Assembly (NCBI GenBank): GCA_964016885.1
Contig: OZ024740.1
Coordinates: 431,892,001 to 431,956,000 of the forward strand
Direction of reading: 5' to 3'
DNA length: 64,000 bases
Origin: Eledone cirrhosa
Taxonomy: Eukaryota
This document shows, piece after piece, positions 59,941-64,000 of the stretch. The position numbers and the translations under genes were made by a program. The notes under the pieces were generated by a model that ran no database searches, was not told the DNA's origin, and saw nothing but the letters and a program-made list of their open reading frames with translations. The stretch's first letter is position 1; each line of letters begins with the position of its first letter.

Positions 59941-62900
59941 ATAGTACCACAGATATACTAGTTAAAGATGAACACCTGATAGTACCACAGATATACTAGT
60001 TAAAAATGAACACCTGATATTACCACATATACTAGTTAAAGATGAACCCCAGATATACTAGTTAAAGATGGACACCTGATAGTACCACAGATATACTAGT
60101 TAAAGATAAACACCTGATAGTACGACAGATATACTAGTTAAAGATAAACACCTGATAGTCCCACAGATATACTAGTTAAATATGAAAGCCTGATAGTACC
60201 ACAGATATACTAGTTAAAGATGAACACCTGATAGTACCACATATACTAGTTAAAGATAAACACCTGATAGTACCACAGATATACTAGTTAAAGATGAACA
60301 CCTGATAGTACCAAAGATATACTAGTTAAAGATGAACCCCAGATATACTAGTTAAAGATGGACACCTGATAGTAGCACAGATATACTAGTTAATGATGAA
60401 CACCTGATAGTACCACATATACTAGTTAAACATAAACACCTGATAGTACCACAGATATACTAGTTAAAGATGAACACCTCATATACTAGTTAAAGATAAA
60501 CACCTGATAGTACCACAGATATACTAGTTAAAGATAAACACCTCATATCCTAGTTAAAGATGAACGCCTGATAGTACCACAAATATACTAGTTAAAGATA
60601 AACACGTGATAGTACCACAGATATACTAGTTAAAGATGAATGCCTGATAGTACCACAAATATACTAGTTAAAGATAAACACGTGATAGTACCACAGATAT
60701 ACTAGTTAAAGATGAATGCCTGATAGTACCACAGATTTACTAGTTAAAGATGAACACCTATCCTAGTTAAAGATGAACGCCTGATAGTACCACAGATATA
60801 CTAGTTAAAGATGAACACCTGATAGTACAACAGATATACTAGTTAAAGATAAACACCTGATAGTACCACAGATATACTAGTTAAAGATAAACACGTGATA
60901 GTACCAGAGATATACTAGTTAAAGATGGACACCTGATAGTAGCACATATATACTAGTTAAAGATGAACACCTCATATACTAGTTAAATATGAAAACCTGA
61001 TAGTACCACAAATATACTAGTTAAAAATGAACACCGGATATTACCACAGATATACTAGTTAAAGATGTACCACAGATATACTAGTTAAAGATGAACACCT
61101 GACAGTACCACAGATATACTAGTTAAAGATGAACACCTGATAGGACCAGAGATATACTGGTTAAAGATGAACACCTGATGGTACGACAGATATACTAGTT
61201 AAAGATAAAAACCTGATAGTGCCACAGATACACTAGTTAAAGATAAACACGTGATAGCACCAGAGACATACTAGTTAAAGATAAACACCTGATAGTAGCA
61301 CAGATATACTAGTTAAAGATGAACATCTGATAGTACGACAGATATACTAGTTAAAGATAAACACCTGATAGTACGACAGATATACTAGTTAAAGATAAAC
61401 ACCTGATAGTCCCACAGATATACTAGTTAAAGATGAAAACCTGATAGTACCACAGATATACTAGTTAAAGATGAACACCTGATAGTACCACATATACTAG
61501 TTAAAGATAAACACCTGATAGTACCACAGATATACTAGTTAAAAATAAACACCTGATAGTACGACTGATATACTAGTTAAAGATAAACACCTGATAGTAC
61601 CACATATACTAGTTAAAGATAAACACCTGATAGTACCACAGATATACTAGTTAAAAATAAACACCTGATAGTACGACTGATATACTAGTTAAAGATAAAC
61701 ACCTGATAGTACCACAGATATACTAGTTAAAGATGAACACCTGATAGTACCACAGATATACTAGTTAAAAATGAACACCTGATATTACCACAGATATACT
61801 AGTTAAAGATGAACCCCAGATATACTAGTTAAAGATGGACACCTGATAGTACCACAGATATACTAGTTAAAGATGAACAGCTGATAGTATGACAGATATA
61901 CTAGTTAAAGATAAACACCTGATAGTACCACAGATATACTAGTTAAAGATGAACACCTGATAGTACCACAGATATACTAGTTAAAAATGAACACCTGATA
62001 TTACCACAGATATACTAGTTAAAGATGAACCCCAGATATACTAGTTAAAGATGGACACCTGATAGTACCACAGATATACTAGTTAAAGATGAACACCTGA
62101 TAGTACCACATATATACTAGTTAAAGATAAACACCTGATAGTCCCACAGATATACTAGTTAAATATGAAAACCTGATAGTACCACAGATATACTAGTTAA
62201 AGATGAACACCTGATAGTACCACATATACTAGTTAAAGATAAACACCTGATAGTACCACAGATATACTAGTTAAAGATGAACGCCTGATAGTACCACAGA
62301 TATACTAGTTAAAGATGAACACCTGATAGTACGACAGATATACTAGTTAAAGATGAACCCCAGATATACTAGTTAAAGATGGACACCTGATAGTAGCACA
62401 GATATACTAGTTAAAGATGAACACCTGATAGTACGACAGATATACTAGTTAAAGATAAACACCTGATAGTACGACAGATATACTAGTTAAAGATAAACAC
62501 CTGATAGTCCCAGATATACTAGTTAAATATCAAAACCTGATAGTACCACAGATATACTAGTTAAAGATGAACACCTCATATACTAGTTAAAGATAAACAC
62601 CTGATAGTACCACAGATATACTAGTTAATGATGAACACCTGATAGTACCACAGATATACTAGTTAAAGATAAACACCTCATATACTAGTTAAAGATGAAC
62701 GCCTGATAGTACCACAGATATACTACTTAAAGAGGAACACCTGATAGTACCACAGATATACTAGTTAAAGATGAACGCCTGATAGTACCACAGATATACT
62801 AGTTAAAGATGAACACCTGATAGTACCACAGATATACTAGTTAAAGATAAACACGTGATAGTACCAGAGATATACTAGTTAAAGATGGACACCTGATAGT

Positions 62901-64000
62901 AGCACATATATACTAGTTAAAGATGAACACCTGACAGTACCACAGATATACTAGTTAAAGATGAACACCTGATAGGACCACATATATACTGGTTAAAGAT
63001 AAACACCTGATAGTACGACAGATATACTAGTTAAAGATAAACACCTGATAGTACCACAGATATACTAGTTAAAGATAAACACCTGATAGTACGACAGATA
63101 TACTAGTTAAAAATAAACACCTGATAGTCCCACAGATATACTAGTTAAAGATGAACACCTCATATACTAGTAAAAGATAAACACCTGATAGTACCACATA
63201 TACTAGTTAATGATAAACACCTGATAGTACCACAGATATACTAGTTAAAGATGAAAACCTGATAGTACCACAGATATACTAGTTAAAGATAAACACCTGA
63301 TAGTACGACAGATATACTAGTTAAAGATAAACACCTGATAGTACCACATATACTAGTTAAAAATGAACACCTGATATTACCACAGATATACTAGTTAAAG
63401 ATGAACCCCAGATATACTAGTTAAAGATGGACACCAGATATACTAGTTAAAGATGGACACCTGATAGTACCACAGATATACTAGTTAAAGATAAACACCT
63501 GATAGTACCACATATACTAGTTAAAGATGGACACCTGATAGTACCACGGATATACTAGTTAAAGATGAACCCCAGATATACTAGTTAAAGATGGACACCT
63601 GATAGTAGCACATATATACTAGTTAAAGATGAACACCTCATATACTAGTTAAATATGAAAACCTGATAGTACCACAGATATACTAGTTAAAGATGAACGC
63701 CTGATAGTACCACAGATATACTAGTTAAAGATGAACACCTGATGGTACGACAGATATACTAGTTAAATATGAAAACCTGATAGTACCACATATACTAGTT
63801 AAAGATAAACACCTGATAGTACCACAGATATACTAGTTAAAGATGAACGCCTGATAGTACCACAGATATACTAGTTAAAGATGAACACCTGATAGTACGA
63901 CAGATATACTAGTTAAAGATGAACCCCAGATATACTAGTTAAAGATGGACACCTGATAGTAGCACAGATATACTAGTTAAAGATGAACACCTGATAGTAC

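Larger units (their letters stand above)
1..64000. repeat. Tandem satellite/minisatellite array, 38-bp consensus CTGATAGTACCACAGATATACTAGTTAAAGATRAACAC, with 36-, 26-, 39-, 34- and 23-bp variants; extends beyond both window ends
   Basis: The period is directly visible, e.g. GATAGT at 2461 and 2499 (38 bp). The core TATACTAGTTAAAGAT recurs in every line of the window, always in the same orientation. The consensus has A16 T9 C7 G6. Stop codons occur in every full monomer on both strands (+: TGA, TAG, TAA; -: TAA, TAG), and 38 is not a multiple of 3, so no long ORF is possible. Confidence 0.99.

Noticed and set aside
1-64000. CRISPR-like appearance: conserved ~16-bp core alternating with more variable segments
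   Set aside because: The intervening segments are near-identical variants of one 10-22-bp sequence, not unique spacers. The core is shorter than a CRISPR repeat, and there is no leader or cas gene in the window.
1-64000. Repetitive protein-coding ORF on either strand
   Set aside because: Each full monomer carries TGA, TAG and TAA on + and TAA and TAG on -. The 38-bp period rotates frames, so all six frames close within about three monomers.
1-64000. Plasmid/phage iterons, parS-like arrays or telomerase-type repeats
   Set aside because: The array is far longer than iteron or parS clusters and has no adjacent genes. There is no G-rich strand. Kilobase-scale inherited variant order indicates recombinational duplication, not templated repeat addition.
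1-64000. Nucleosome-length periodicity (4x38 = 152, 5x38 = 190)
   Set aside because: No regular 4-mer or 5-mer higher-order unit is visible, and interspersed 26- and 36-bp monomers break any fixed phase.
1-64000. Variant order as an information code or synthetic data-storage construct
   Set aside because: The patterns are accounted for by nested duplication, slippage, point mutation and CpG decay. No addressing, primer sites or designed structure is visible.

Overview
The whole 64-kb window is one uninterrupted, head-to-tail tandem repeat array (satellite or large minisatellite) that runs off both ends. The consensus monomer is 38 bp, CTGATAGTACCACAGATATACTAGTTAAAGAT(G/A)AACAC, about 34% GC, with no CpG. 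It is interspersed with 36-bp, 26-bp and rarer 39/34/23-bp length variants, roughly 1,750-1,800 monomers by estimate. I found no ORF, RNA gene, transposon, CRISPR array or unique sequence, and I do not recognise the satellite family or the species. What is of interest is the internal architecture, read from diagnostic variants. (1) Nested duplications have offsets of 304, 620, 1,076, ~1,700, 2,254, 2,261, 3,637, 6,439, 6,772 and 12,608 bp. (2) Two alternating variant domains (A/B/A'/B') recur with a ~29.5-30 kb period. (3) An ordered 8-9-monomer relic higher-order cassette is present dozens of times. (4) Several different deletions converge on a 26-bp monomer and spare the core. (5) Newly arisen CpGs decay repeatedly to TpG/CpA, suggesting methylation. 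(6) One 12-bp tract is the exact reverse complement of an array variant, which looks like a template-switch scar. All offsets were counted by hand from marker positions, not from full alignments.
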